A stretch of 64,000 bases of DNA from contig CM068749.1 in assembly GCA_035084275.1 (NCBI GenBank), forward strand, positions 15,996,001 through 16,060,000, given 5' to 3'. Position numbers and translations under genes: made by a program. Under the pieces are notes generated by a model, which made no database searches, had not been told where the DNA came from, and saw only the letters and a list, made by a program, of their open reading frames with translations. The stretch comes from Hydrolagus colliei. Its lineage: Eukaryota. Below, one piece after another: positions 11,960 to 25,172 of the stretch. Positions within the stretch are counted from its first letter, which is position 1. Every line of letters begins with the position of its first letter.

Positions 11960-13724
11960 AGTGAACAGTTTCAAATATCAAGGTGTAAACTTAATTTTTT
12001 TTCAGCCAAATCAAAATACCTTTTCACATCTCTTGGGTACATGAGATGCCCCTTCGGTCCAAAAATCCATCGGAAATCGTGCAGTGTGCATACCATTCTG
12101 TGAGTTCCATGTATGCCACCTGAACAGGTAAATTTTCGTTTGAAATGGAATGCTTGCTGTCACTCAAGGGACTCATCCCGGAGCGTATTAGGCACAGGTC
12201 AGTAAGATCATGGCTTGACATCCCAGTGTGTGCCTTGGGATATTGCTGGAATTTATCCAGCTAAAACCGCATCGCTTGCAATTGAATGCACTGTCTGGTG
12301 AGCTTTCTGCTGCTGGTCCAGCTAGGACCACCAAAGCCATTAGGGCTTTAATTTGCAGACTTAACAGGAACTGAGTGGAAAGAATCTCTTCCCCCAGTGA
12401 CGAGTCTGCCACTCCAAATCCTGCAGATGAGTAGGCTGTGTGTGATGAGGAGACATTCGGTTGAAGATAGCCCTTTGGTCCATTTGATCTGATACTTTGC
12501 AATGCTACATTTGCATCACCATAGTAACCATAGTGATTTCAGAACAGAGAGCTGCTGAATGCAACCCATTTTCTTCAAAGTCTTCTGTAGTTTGCTTGGG
12601 TTAACATTTATGGGAAGATTGACCACTCGCCAGATCTTGGGTTGCTGGAGTACGCAAATAGAATGTAAATGAGGAGACCAGTTGAAACTCTTCAGTTTGA
12701 TTTTTGACTGAGTCCTTGAAAAGTACTTCAGGGTCCACTGGGCAGTAAAGTAGCCGACTGTGGTTATCAGCCTTTACTCCAAACTTTCTCTTCTCCTGAT
12801 TCTTTGCAAGACAGCTGGTTGCAGGGAACCTTTGGATGACTCATGCTGCTTACCAGTATGTGGGCAACACACCCGATCTGTATTGCTCATCGTCTGGAGC
12901 TGATAGTCATGTACGCAATGGTCCGAAGGTCCAACTGTTGCTATTTCAAGAATGTATCTAATTAAACCCGGTTGAGTGCTCAGTGCTTTATGGGACAGCA
13001 ACTGATCTACGATTGTATTTGAATTCATTTGGGTGTTTTGTTTTAGTAAAAAAAAGCACAATACATCTGCTTCCTTTGAGTTATCAAACCTTACCTGCCA
13101 CGTCTGCTATTTTACACTTAGATCATCCATCAATATCTAACTTTTACTACTGGTTATTACCTGTCATTTGAAAATCTATTTTACATTGTTCCTGCAGCCA
13201 AAGAGGGGCCATAATAATAGAATTCACTACTAGGTTTCATAAATTCTTAGCAAATCAATACTTTTTTCACTGAGAATATATCAGTGTTTCACAGCTATGC
13301 ACCATTAAACCTTACCACTATTCTCATAGCCTCAGATTTGAGCTGATGGGTTAAGCTAATGCTGCTTGTTAATTGGAATGTTCCATTTTAGAGAATGCAT
13401 AGAGTCCATTGTGCTGAGAGTTTAAATTGAAGGCTTGTTTGTGTTACCCATTTGATTACTGCTGCTTTTGGGGGCCAGTTCATGACTATTAACCTAGCCC
13501 TAAAATAGCAGTCGAAATTCAGCTGAATGAATGTGGCATCCATGAAATTTCTGGGGTGAGATTAGAGAGAAATAACTGGTGTATTTTAATGTCAATCACT
13601 TGTCTCCTTTTAAGTTTTGTAACATCAATATGCTAATGGAAACGCCTCTGAACTTTTAGTGGGTAAAGTGAATGTCTGGTTCAACAATAAGTTGCAGTTT
13701 GCATCCTGAGCGGGCATAGTTTTC

Positions 13725-13915
13725 TGAGCTGGTGAGTGTTTCAGTGGCCTCTGTATCCTAGGTTCAGGAGGGGACAGTCAGGGTTCCTGCTCCTAATTTC
13801 TAGAAGGAGCACATGGTTGTTTGTCAGGTGAGGATAGGCTTGGCTCGGCTGATGTCTGTGGTTAAATGGCCTGTGAACACTCAATGTCAAGACATACATT
13901 TGAATAATAACTGCA
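13725..13915 (+). mobile_element. Ancient SINE-like interspersed repeat (family B) fragment
   Basis: Shares cagggttcctgctcct, ggctcggctg and acactca.tgtc with the copies near 55745, 42380 and 52440. Confidence 0.6.
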
Positions 13916-14699
13916 TGGAGGACTTCCCACAGGGTAACCACTTCTTGCACCTCAGAAAAAAGATAAGGAAGTCAAAGGCCTTCAGAGCAGCAAGAGGGGA
14001 GAGTGTTGGAGGAGACAGAATTGGTAAATAAAAAAATGATTCCAGTTTATCTCAGAATGAGAGAGCTGTTGAGCTGAGCTGTTTTAAACAGACAAGTGTC
14101 CTGTGTCATTTATTCACAGCAGTCCTGCCATGGCTGGGCATGGTGCATTGGAGAGTTTGTATTTTGTGCTATCTTGCTACTCTTTCTTAATGCAATGAGC
14201 CAGTTATCATTTACATCAAAAACAATTTTCAGTCACATGTGGTTGCTTTTTAACTCTCTGCTATTTAAATATCCCTGCTGTGCAGTTCAATGATTGCATT
14301 TCAGATGACACAGGAGACCACCTCCAGAAATCATGCTGAAAGGATGTTCCAGTTAGGTGCATGTTTTATAGCAGGTACTTTGTATAATTTCCTTATTAAT
14401 GAGGGATTAATAGACAGCAGATGTCAAAGATTGTGATCTATCTGAGAATCTTATAATGAAAAGCTGAGGCACTGGGTTATGTCTAGATGCTACACTGTCT
14501 GCATTTTCTTTCCGCAGATTCACACCTTCGGCAATATTATAAGTATTGGTGGCGATTGCTAACAAATGGACAAAAGCAGAAAATATACTTTGAACCTAAA
14601 TCCTGTATAACTGGATTTAGGTTTGATGCTTTTAATTTTGGGGGTTCTGAGCAGTGCCACCTAAAACTTCAATCTGTCTCTTTAGATAATACGGGACAT

Positions 14700-14755
14700 T
14701 CTGGCATTTTCCGTTTCTATTTCAGATTTCCAGCATTCAGAGTCTTATCTTTCTA
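14700..14755 (+). mobile_element. Penelope-like repeat 3' remnant
   Basis: tttcagatttccagcat is identical to the end of the 10811-11010 element. Confidence 0.45.
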
Positions 14756-14820
14756 ACTCTCTGTTCATTAATCATGTTATTTTCGACATATAAACTATGC
14801 AGGATGCAGATGTGTACTTT

Positions 14821-14882
14821 TAATAATAATTCCCCTATTCGATGTTGTGCCTTATCACGTCTTCGAGATGTCTCAAAGTGCT
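14821..14882 (-). mobile_element. Family A SINE tail remnant
   Basis: taataataat…gtgccttatcacgtcttcgagatgtctcaaagtgct. Confidence 0.6.
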
Positions 14883-16516
14883 GAAATGACACCTAGTTTT
14901 TAGATGGTGAGACCTGTTTACCTTCAAATTTAAGATAGCTCAAAATTGTAGAAAATTCTTCAATCCAGTTTTAATTTGGAAGCCAGTCAGTCATCCATGA
15001 TTCTTAAAAGAATTGTCTTCCTATTTAAGACTGAATTGAAGAATGCCCCACTAATCCACAAAGTGATGAATTCTAACACAGAATAATTTACAGGATAAAA
15101 ATAGGTTAAATTTCAGGCTGCATGTGTACATTTTATACTCTTAAAATTAGTTTCTGTAGATCTTAAAATAATATTAAACACAATCTGTTAAGTCTTTTGT
15201 ATTAATAGTCGAGTTAAATATTCCTTACTGGACTTGAGCCAAATCTGAAAAAATAAGTCACCTAAACAGTGTTGAAAAAAAATCAGCTTGAAACATTCGT
15301 CTTATGAGGCAACCTCACATCACAGCAATTGTGCTGCAGTCCTTGTAGTAGTTTTAATTTGCATCAGATATTCTACAGAAAAAAACCATTGCTATAGTCC
15401 CACTACAGGCTCTGTTCTGTAAGATCCACAAGAGAGAATTGGAACACACAAGCTATTGTTTGAGGCTGTGCTTGACGTCTCATGTTGGGGTGATGGTGAG
15501 CTTTTTTTTGTTATTAATTGCTAATCCAATTGAGCTGCTGTTGATGTGGTTGCAGTGGTATGCTTTAAAGTAAACCCTCAATCTTTAAATGAGATATATT
15601 TCTGATAGACTGCGGGGATTTTCTTAATCTTGGGTTGATTACTGGAGCTGGTATTTGTGGAGAATGAATGTGTCTAATCTAGTATAACGTATAGAGACAG
15701 GAAAGTTGTGTAAGCGGACCTGTCTACAGTTGATCTGAATGAAAGCGCAAAATTAGGAACAGAAGTAACTCATGATGGGTTGTAATCCAAAACAGATTTG
15801 CTTAGCAATGTTGAATGAAGAATTATTTTTGGAGCGATTCGCTTGCTTTCATAGTTAACCACTGTCGTCTGTTGTTGGTGTGCTGTCTGTGCAGTCAGAC
15901 AATTTGAGGTCATTAACCTGGAGGAGGTAAGGCTGTCCAACATATTCTGCTTGTAGCAGATTGATAACATGCAGCACAAACATTTCAAACCGTTAATCAG
16001 TTTGTCAAGGAACAGAGACTATTTAAACAAGATTGGTACCATTTACTTATACAGAACGTCAGAACGTCAGGAAGAAGAAAGGAAAAAAGAAAATGAAGTA
16101 AAACTACAAACGCTTGATTTGCTCTTGTGGCTGAGTAATGTGGCAGCTGTACAATTCTTCTCAGAGTTATCCGCTCTATCTTTGTAAAAAAAATACCATA
16201 CAGGGTGCGGAGTACTTATTTATTCAGAACAAAAAGAACCAACATTGAGACAATAAAATGTCTGAATGCCGCACACTAGATAAGAGGAATATTGGAAACC
16301 TAGGTAATGGAATGCAACAGTTTGAGTTATTACGTTTATTGAGCAAAGGTCAGTTATTATTCATATTCATTCATGGCTTATGACTGAATACAGTTTGTTT
16401 TATGAAGCTTGCGAGTGTTTCAGCACAACTCTTGTCAAAACAAAGTATAATTAATGACTGGGGATGAAACTGGTGTCTTGACAGTGGAATATCTCCGTAT
16501 TGCTGCAGATAACTGC

Positions 16517-16579
16517 AGTGACTTGGGATGTCCTCCTGACGGGAAAGGCGCTATATAAATGTAATTTTATTGTTGTTGT
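16517..16579 (+). mobile_element. L2-type 3' tail only
   Basis: cttgggatgtcctcctgacgggaaaggcgctatataaatgtaattttattgttgttg. Confidence 0.8.
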
Positions 16580-18334
16580 AGACCTAATGTGTATAATTCT
16601 AATGGGAATTTTTACGACGGAGCATCACAATGCGTTTACGTTTGAAACTTGGTCACACTTCACACTTCTCCAGTTTTGCAGCCCTCAGTCACAACCCTGA
16701 ATTTGAACATTTGTTCCTCGACTGATGATGGAGCGCAGTACTTGTACAGTACTTTTGAATTTTGTACTGATGTGGCGTAACATGCCTGACTCATAAAAAT
16801 GTTGTGGGATGGCTAAAAAAATACTAAAAAGGTGGGAGGGGGAGAGAGGGAAGCGAACAGCCTTCCCCCAAAATGCTTATGAAGGAGCTTTAAACACATT
16901 CCATAACCAAGACTAGACTTCAAAATTCAGTTCAAAGTCCGTTCAACAAAGCCCATGTTCCGCCATCATAACTTTGAACAAATAGTATCACCTTCCACCT
17001 GCGGTAGATAAATTCTAATCTATTTTGCCAGCAATGCATGATACGTCGAGGTAGAATTGCAACCAAACTTTAATTCAATTTAACACGCTTTACATTTCAC
17101 AGAAGTTTTTATTAAAAAAAAGTAATTTGAGGATGTCGCTGGGTTTATCTGATCCACTTGTTCTGAAAGGCTCATTCAGCCCGCAGGAACATCTGAGTAT
17201 GTTTTTTTTTCTAACTTTTGATTTACTGTCCCTCACAAGATATCTGTATCTCATTTTTGTGTACAAACAAATATCTTCTTAGGAATCTTTTCGGCTGGCT
17301 GTGTAAATGAAAAAAGTATTGATTTTCAGGGGGAAAAATAGTGCAACAGTAAAATGGACTATAGATCAAACACACACAGAACCAGAAAGGCTGTAGATGA
17401 TGAATGTTTCAATTCATGCAATGGGCTTCAAAGTTGTTGAAGAAAATATAGCAGCTCATTGAACAGCAAAGTTCAGGTCTTTTTTTGCAGATATAAATGT
17501 TAGATTCTATTTTCTGAGGCTTTCCTGATCCTATAGAGCTGAAAATCTCACTTCGCAGATGTTTTCCTTTCTTCTGCAGAAAGCATGTGGACATAGGATG
17601 TAGGTTTGTACGCGTTTTTTGCTTGCTGATGACTTGTAATTTAAACAAACTGGAAAAGACGGCAAAGAACATTTTAAATGCTCTCAGAAAATCTCGCTGC
17701 TCTAAAATCAGGTGCATTCATATGTTTGCTTTGACCTAAGAGTGCCTCCTCTGGAATTAATCTGCTAAGACTTTCTATTGTATTTTCAGTATTGTAATGT
17801 ATGACACGAAATAACTAATAGACTAATTTCACCCTGAAGACCTGTATTCTCCCAACTAACCATAGAGTCTTAGGTTCATGTTTCTTTTTACATGGCATTT
17901 ATTAGAAACCAGTCTCTTGAAGCATTGGGCATTTGTTCATTTAATTATATTTTTGCCTTTTTAATGTGTTTGAGATTTTTCCGATATGATTCTGCGTATA
18001 GTTTTTGGGTCAGAATACAATAGCATCATAATACAGCGGCAGTACCTTTGAAATCAAATTCTGATTTGATAAATATTTTGCCTTTCTATTATTTTAATTA
18101 AAAATGTGTTTGAGATTCAGGCAGTAAGAAAGTCTGATATACATATTATCCCTCAACATCCCCCTCCCATGCATATGACAACACTTTGTTGGTAGAGCAA
18201 TGCTTTGTGGACCAACTTGCAAGCCTGGGTGTTTCACTGTCTGTCCGGTCAACTCGTATAGTGTGAATGAAGTGCACGGTTTACATGTCAATTTCCCACT
18301 TCCTGTGTCTTGTGTTGTATACGCATATCACACG

Positions 18335-19295
18335 GAGCTCTGTCCTTGGTCCTCTCCTGTTCAATATTTACATGCTCAGTGATATCATTCATAGACATGG
18401 GGTTACCTTCCATATGATTCCCATCTCTATCTCTCTGCCTCCACCTTCGGCTCCAGGAACACTGGTGTCCTCATGGATTGTCACCATAGTGGCGGTCAGG
18501 CTCTCATCTCCTGGTCCCCCTATTCTTTTCCTTTTCCGGAACCTTCCCCTCCTTTGAGCACCTTAGCCTCTTACCACCCCTCCAGTCTTTCCCTCAAAAT
18601 CCTCTTCGACTACCATCTCACCAAACCTTCCCCCACCTTCCTCTTGGACACCTCCATCCTCCTATCTTCCATTTCACTCTTCTCTGAATGCCTCTTCTTG
18701 CTCTGCTTCTGCTGACTTCTCTCTCAACCTCTCTCTCCACATCCACTCCATCACCCACGTCCATGCCACCCCCTTGACCTGATGATCACCTGGGGGCTCA
18801 CTGTTTTGGACATCACCGTCACCAATAAAGCCATTTTGCGCCACTACTTAATCCCCTTAACACCTCCGTACGTACCCCTTCTCCCTCTACCATCACCTAT
18901 TACCCCTGTCAGAAATCAAATCCTGGATGAGAGCCAACTTACTCCAGTTGAATGTCGACAAGGTGGAGGTTTCCCTCCTTGGTTTCTGTCAGCATCTTCT
19001 CACCTCGGGCATTGGCAGCATCATTATTGATGGATGTACGTAAACCTTTCTTTCCCCACTCTCTGGAATTCCATTCCCAGAGTCCATCCTCCTCGCTCCC
19101 TCCCTTTGCCTCCTTTAAGGTCCGTCTCAAGACTTTCCTCTTTGAAAGTGCCTTTTGTCACCCTCCAACTGCCGCCACCTTTGCCCTCTTGGTTCCAAAC
19201 CTCAGTTCAGGTGGAAACCTTTGACTGTCCAGCACCTTGGAACATTTTCCCAATGTGAACGATGCTATACCAATGGACTGTAATTTGTTGTTGTT
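18335..19295 (+). mobile_element. Degraded, internally deleted and rearranged L2 LINE relic(s)
   Basis: RT-like SSVLGPLLFNIYML-SDIIHRHGVTFHM (18335-18417). Endonuclease-like THVH..LDLMITWGL..ITVTNKAI..HYLI (~18750-18855). C-terminal PTLWNSIP and FKVRLKTFLFESAF, ending in (TTG)n at ~19295. Confidence 0.8.
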
Positions 19296-20829
19296 TTTTC
19301 CTGTTTACTGTGTGTTCGTAGGATTTTTGCTGATATCACTTCAGAGGGTCATCCTATGCATGGGACACTTGTGCACAACTGTGCACAACTGTTATATACC
19401 TCAGCTGCTTATCAGGTGGAACGTAAGATCATTTAGGGATGCCTTACAGTTGATACAGTACATTTGACAACTGAGTTTATCTATGGTATGTGTATGTCAC
19501 TTATTGACATATATTGTATATATTTCACATTCTCCCACAAAATGTAATGTACATTGTCAAGTTGAAGGATTATTATGAAGAGACCTGTTTGGACATAGAT
19601 ATCTAGCCTGTACTTAGTTTTACTTCACTGTCTGAGCTTAACCAATGCTACAGCTATTATAATGTATTACCTATATCATTAAAAGCAATCAAAAAATATA
19701 GCCCCTGCTGTTTATCTTTGCATATCTTCTGAAGATGATTCTGTCATTGTTCCCAGTACAAAAGCTATGGCTTTCAAACCAACTGGGTTTCTTCCTAATG
19801 TCATCACTTAGAAAATTGGATTGTTTTTAAATGTCATCTTTTTCATTTCATTTTGCTCTGTAAGGCTAAAATGCTGCAGTATTGATGATAGAGACAGGAA
19901 GGATGAAGAGGAAACAAGTTGCTCTTGTTGTAAATTGTTGCTGTTGTTAGGGCGACCAACTTTGGCTGGTTGATAAGCCATTGCTCGATCCAGACGCACC
20001 AAGACTGTCATGTGGATAACTCTCTCTTTATTAAACTTGCTTTTCAACAAGAAGGCAGAGTAGCCTCAGAGCATTTACTGATAATATCACCACTCAACCA
20101 CTGTCTCTACGGTTTTGCACATTCAATGAATTCTGCGCAATAGAGGAACGTTTGCAGGAAATATAATGTTGATCAAATATATTTTATTATATAACGACGG
20201 TTCCTTTTCCTGTCAGCAAAATCTGAAAAACAGTCTGTGATTGTAAAGCAAATGCACCATTGACATTTATTTTGTTCCCTTTATATTGAAACAACAGCGT
20301 ACATTACAACCCAGTGTTTACGTCACCAGAGTAAAGTGCATCATCAATACAATAAATCAACCAGAAATAAGAATGGTTTGTAAGATTTGTTAAATCACAT
20401 GCGTAAATGAATACAAATTTGGTGTAAAAATGAAGAACATAAAGATTACTCTTATAAATTTTGTTCGAGTGACACTGTAAAAACCACAAACGGGTGTAAC
20501 ATTGGAACCTATCTACCTTGTCCAGACTTGGTACAGTTGTGGATCTTATACTGCTGTTAGTGTGGGAAGGACTGAGACTGGAGCATGGAATTGGCTTCAG
20601 CGCTGATCTCCGATAATTACAGTGTTTGTGCATAACACATTCCAGAAACTGTCCCTTTTGTTTTAGCTGAGGGTTTTTTTGGCCATGTTCACATTCGTAG
20701 ATTAATTGCAGTTGGTTTTCAAAAATGAAAGTATGCTTGAAACACAAATGATTATCAAAACAACAATTATAAGCACAGTTGCTAAAGGCATTGCCCAGTA
20801 TGGGGCTGAGTAATACAAATCAGGAATTT

Positions 20830-20950
20830 TACGGGTTTGATCCTTTGTCTGTTCTCAAATCCAGCCAGGATGGAATTTAGAGCACTACAATTGGCCTCGG
20901 TGCCCCTGGGCTACATAGAAGAAATATCAGCCAGTTCTTGCTTCTTGCAA
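20830..20950 (+). mobile_element. Family B repeat fragment
   Basis: ctacaattggcctcggtgcccctgggcta…aaatatcagccagttcttgcttct. Confidence 0.6.
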
Positions 20951-21784
20951 TGCAACCTTAACAAATTCAACGTGTCAGTACAGTACATTAATCAAGATAC
21001 AAATCACCCCTGAAGATACTTATCTTAGAGATGGATATCTGGAATTATCCATTATCAATATTGTAACAGTTGCGAGTCTAAAACTACCGTACCAATGGTT
21101 TCAGGCAAGTTCACTCGGAGCGATGAATAATATACAGAAAGAGTATAGCGAAGCCTGCATAAAGAGACTACCAGCCCATAGAGACCACTTGTTTTCAGTC
21201 CCACAATAAATGAATCACTTCACGATAACATAGCTTAGGAGACGGTTAGTCTATGGAGGCAAGGTAGATGCGCGCAATCTTAAATGTGAGAATTACAGGC
21301 AGTTTTCACTGTACCTCACTACCTTGTCCAGACTTGGTGTCTTGTTTGCAGACTTCATTTAGTCCATTATAAACACACGTGATGTAGCCTGGTGTAGAAA
21401 GTAAAAGTTTATTAAAAAGCTAGATTCCAGTCAGGGTTTACCTTTTATCTGTCTCGTAGCCACTACTGTTAATACTGGAAATCTGGATGAGTTGCGATTG
21501 GTTTTCCAAGAACAATGGTCCCTGCAGAGTAGAAGATACTCATTCCGCAGCAGATCACAGTCAGATTGCAATCAATCCTGTGATTGGCCCCCAGTGTTGT
21601 AAACCATTCGCTATGCTCAGTCAGTCTGTGACATTGCAAACACAGTTTTTTAAATATATATCTGAGTTCTCAATTTAAAGGATCTGTTATGACTGAAGGT
21701 TACTCAAATCTCTTTTTTCAAAAAGAAACCGTAACCTGTATTTATATTTCCAGTTCAATCAGTTTACTTATACTGTTAACAATT

Positions 21785-22140
21785 ATCCTTCACAGCGCTT
21801 CACAGGATTTATTGTATAGTGTAGTAACTATGTATTTTGTAGGCGTACGCAGCAGCCACTTTGTGCGTATTAATATCCCACAGAATTAATGAATGACTTA
21901 AGTTTATCTGGAGGATTGTAGGCTTGGACAAATGGTACAGTGGGGTCTTTAATGTTCACCTGAACAGGCAAATGGGACCTTATTTTAATATCTCACCCAA
22001 AGGCTGGCATTACTGATAATGGAGAATTCCCCCAGCTTGTACTGGAAAGGCAGCCTAGACTTTGAGTGCAGAGCCCTGACATGGGATTTGAAACTACAAC
22101 ATTCTGACTCCTGGGTGAGAGTGCAAACCAACTCAGCGAG
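21785..22140 (-). mobile_element. Old DeuSINE (SacSINE1/AmnSINE-like)
   Basis: Reverse complement has a tRNA-like head (gctgagttggtttgcactctcacccaggagtcagaatgttgtagtttcaaatccc), tctaggctg, cctgttcaggtgaacattaaagacccc and the tail gtgggatat…cgcacaaagtggctgctgcgt. Confidence 0.75.
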
Positions 22141-22279
22141 TCTGTCATCCGATCACACTATCAATGTCCTGGCATTGACTTGTACTGAGGTGCAGTTCCA
22201 AGTTCTTCAGGGGGTAAAACTAGACAGTTAACGTTGAGAGGCTATTCAAACATCGAAGGCACCAAAATTAATCACTTCA

Positions 22280-22400
22280 TATGCAGGTCACTGGATAGCA
22301 ATTACAAATGGGATTTCTAGAAGTTATGTTTTAACCCAGAGGCATTAAGGTCACTCATTGCACATCTCCCCAACTGAGACCATCTAAACTTATCAACATA
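22280..22400 (-). mobile_element. Family B repeat fragment
   Basis: aggtcactggatagc is identical to 52626-52640. Confidence 0.5.
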
Positions 22401-24571
22401 GCTCATTACCACACCACCTGATGCATTTACACACACAACCATCCTGTGCCTCAGCCGAAACATGCTTTTTGGGTCGTTATTGCCTGAGCAATAATCCTTG
22501 CAACGATCATATTGTCAAGTTGTAGGTTAACTGTACATTCGGTAGAATGCTGATAGAGTGCCACGTAATGAGAATAATGCTAAATGTGATGGCTTTGCAA
22601 ATATCTTTCTTGTATTGTCGCGTGAACTTCACCAGTTTTTAAAAGCATTTGGGAGCCATCCCATCCTTTCTCTGCCCACTGGCTGACGAAGGTAAAATCT
22701 TGCAATCAGTTTTGTGAAATGCCGCTATCTTTCCCAAATGCTGAGTGCACGGTCTCCTTGTGGTGCTCTCGGCAAGCATCATCCTACAATCAAATTGGCC
22801 ATTCAAAATAGTTCTTCCCACCAACTGATGCTTCTGTGTTTCTCATTGACGGAATCAACCTGTGCATCTGTTCATTTTGTGAAGAAATATTTCACGGTTA
22901 AGCTGCTTTTAAAACATTTCTGCTCAGACCTTGACTATTCTTTTGTGTTCACATTGTTCATCTCTACAGCCTCTGCCATAACTGTTGAAGTGCCCTAGCC
23001 TTTAACTGCAGTTTCAGCTGTACAATGAAATAGAGTGGTCCGAGAATTAAGATGAATTGATATTAAGCCATTTTGGAGTTTTGCTATGGGCAGCAGCTGC
23101 ACAATTTGGCAGGTCAGCCCCCTACCTGTGTGGGACCTTTTGCCCATTTGTGTGCTGCAATTCGTTGTTCTGAAATTGCTTGTTTTTTTTTACTGAAAAG
23201 CAGACTCTCGGTCCCAATTATGCTGTCAGTCACATCATTGCCTTTGAGAAGTTTGTGCAGCTACATTCAGGGGCTTGAAAAGGTAAAAGTGCATTTAGCA
23301 GATGATGTGGTGGAGCTATTTCAGATCTGTCTCCATTGTACTGTAGTAACTGCAGATATAACTGGAATTTTGGACTAATGCAGTTTCTCCAAATTGGGGC
23401 ATTGATAAACCTGTGCAGCGATGTTATTTTGGCACCATTTAAAGCAATGATGAACTCTGGAGAACTAAATGAATTCCTCTTCTCCCTCTTCTGGAGGTGT
23501 TTTACAGTTTCTGCAGGGAGCCACATAGTTCCAGTTTTCAAAGGTTGGGTGGTATTCTTGTAATGCATGAGAAAGTGCTGGTGTTACATTTATTCTGACA
23601 TGAGCAGCATTCATTTTATCTCTGCTGAAAGATGAGCTGTACTGATTTTATACACACGCAAAAAAATGAGTTTTTTTCACTGAAGAATTTCCAGGTATAT
23701 TCTAGAACATATTCTGCAGGATAAAGTTAGGAGAGAGAGTAACTAATTTATACGTTTTTTTTCAAGATAAATGCTCCTTGGCAGCTCCACAATTAATTAT
23801 CTGCCACACCTATGTTGGGAATTGGAATGGAATGCAAATGACTTTTGCACGCATTATTATCTTAATTTGCATCGTGTTTCAATGATTAATCTTGGATCTT
23901 GGAGAACAAAGTGTTACGAGGCGTAGACAACTAATTCAGGCTCAGACATGCAGTTGAAAGTTAAATGGATGGATCTAATAACAGCTGGGCTATTGCAGTA
24001 CCAGGTTCAGTACAATTCTTCGTTTTTCATCCAAGAGCTGTGGTGGGGGATTGTAGAATAAAAGTAGAATTTTTACAGCTTAAAAAGTAGTTGGTGCTTG
24101 CCACAGACTCCACCACTCTCCCATCTCCTCATAGATATCTCCTATGTATGCCAATCAAATTCTTGGTGAAGGGTGATGTGTTCCTGATGTTGGTAATGTC
24201 CTGAGAATCTGATTGCTAAAAGATAGACAATGAGTGCTATTGGATTGAAAATCTTTCTTGTGCTTTTTGTCTGCTACTGATGGTAATGAAGCCATCAGCA
24301 GCACCGCAGAAGGGTATGATGTCCCTGGCTCCAAGGATGCAGACAGCCATGTCCTGACTTTATTTTCTGAGACCCTCTGAAGGCAGCAGCAATTTTCCTT
24401 CCTCTTTAAAATTTATTTTAAAAAAACAAGTAAAACGTGATCATGTGTCTCTTTGCTAGGGTAGAGTAGCTGCCACCTCTGCTTACATACAATGATTATA
24501 TTATTAGGGAATGCCTGTTTTGAATGCAAAGTTATTTTTTTGTTATACATGACAGCCTAGCATGCTTTTAT

Positions 24572-24637
24572 AACAATACAACACCAAATTACATTTGTAG
24601 AGCGCCTTTCATGTCGGGAGCTCATCCCAAGGTGCTG
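24572..24637 (-). mobile_element. L2-type 3' tail only
   Basis: aaattacatttgtagagcgcctttcatgtcgggagctcatcccaaggtgctg. Confidence 0.75.
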
Positions 24638-24694
24638 GATGGTCAGGGATATGGATTTAATTATCCATTAATTGCGATTCATAATGAAAGAGGT

Positions 24695-25172
24695 ATAATA
24701 CTTTCACATAGCACCTTATCATGTCAAAAAGTTTCTTTTCTCAGAATTTTTTGGTAAAGTTTAGTGACTCTTTATTTGTAGATTAACATGCAGTCATTTT
24801 GCACACCGTAATGTCCTACAAACAGCTGTAAGGTAAATGATTTTAAACATAAATCTGGGGATAAAAATCCTTTGCAACGCTTTGAGACATCTCGCTGACA
24901 TGATATGAAATGGAAGGATTATTATTGTAAATGAGGACATCAGGCGGAACCTGCTTCACTTTTCCAATATTATCATGGGATCTTTAACATCAACCTTAAC
25001 AGGCAGTCGAGACTTCAGTTTAACTGTCTAATCCAAAGGAAGGTATCTCTGACAACCTGGCACTCCCCCAGGACTACAGTGGATTGTCAGCCTAGACTAG
25101 CAGTTCAAATTCCTGATGAGGAGAGGGGTTGAACTCATAAACTTCTGACTAAGAGTGCTATAAAGTGAACCA
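24695..25172 (-). mobile_element. Old DeuSINE (SacSINE1-like) with a family A tail fragment inserted at ~24872-24926 (+)
   Basis: catgggatctttaacatc…aacaggcag…cagcctagact…ttgaactcataaacttctgact parallels the 21785-22140 copy. The insert reads cgctttgagacatct…aaggattattatt. Confidence 0.7.

Noticed and set aside
22683-22710. CTGACGAAGG resembling a third hammerhead core
   Set aside because: No GAAA follows a stem II, and there is no Penelope-type downstream sequence.
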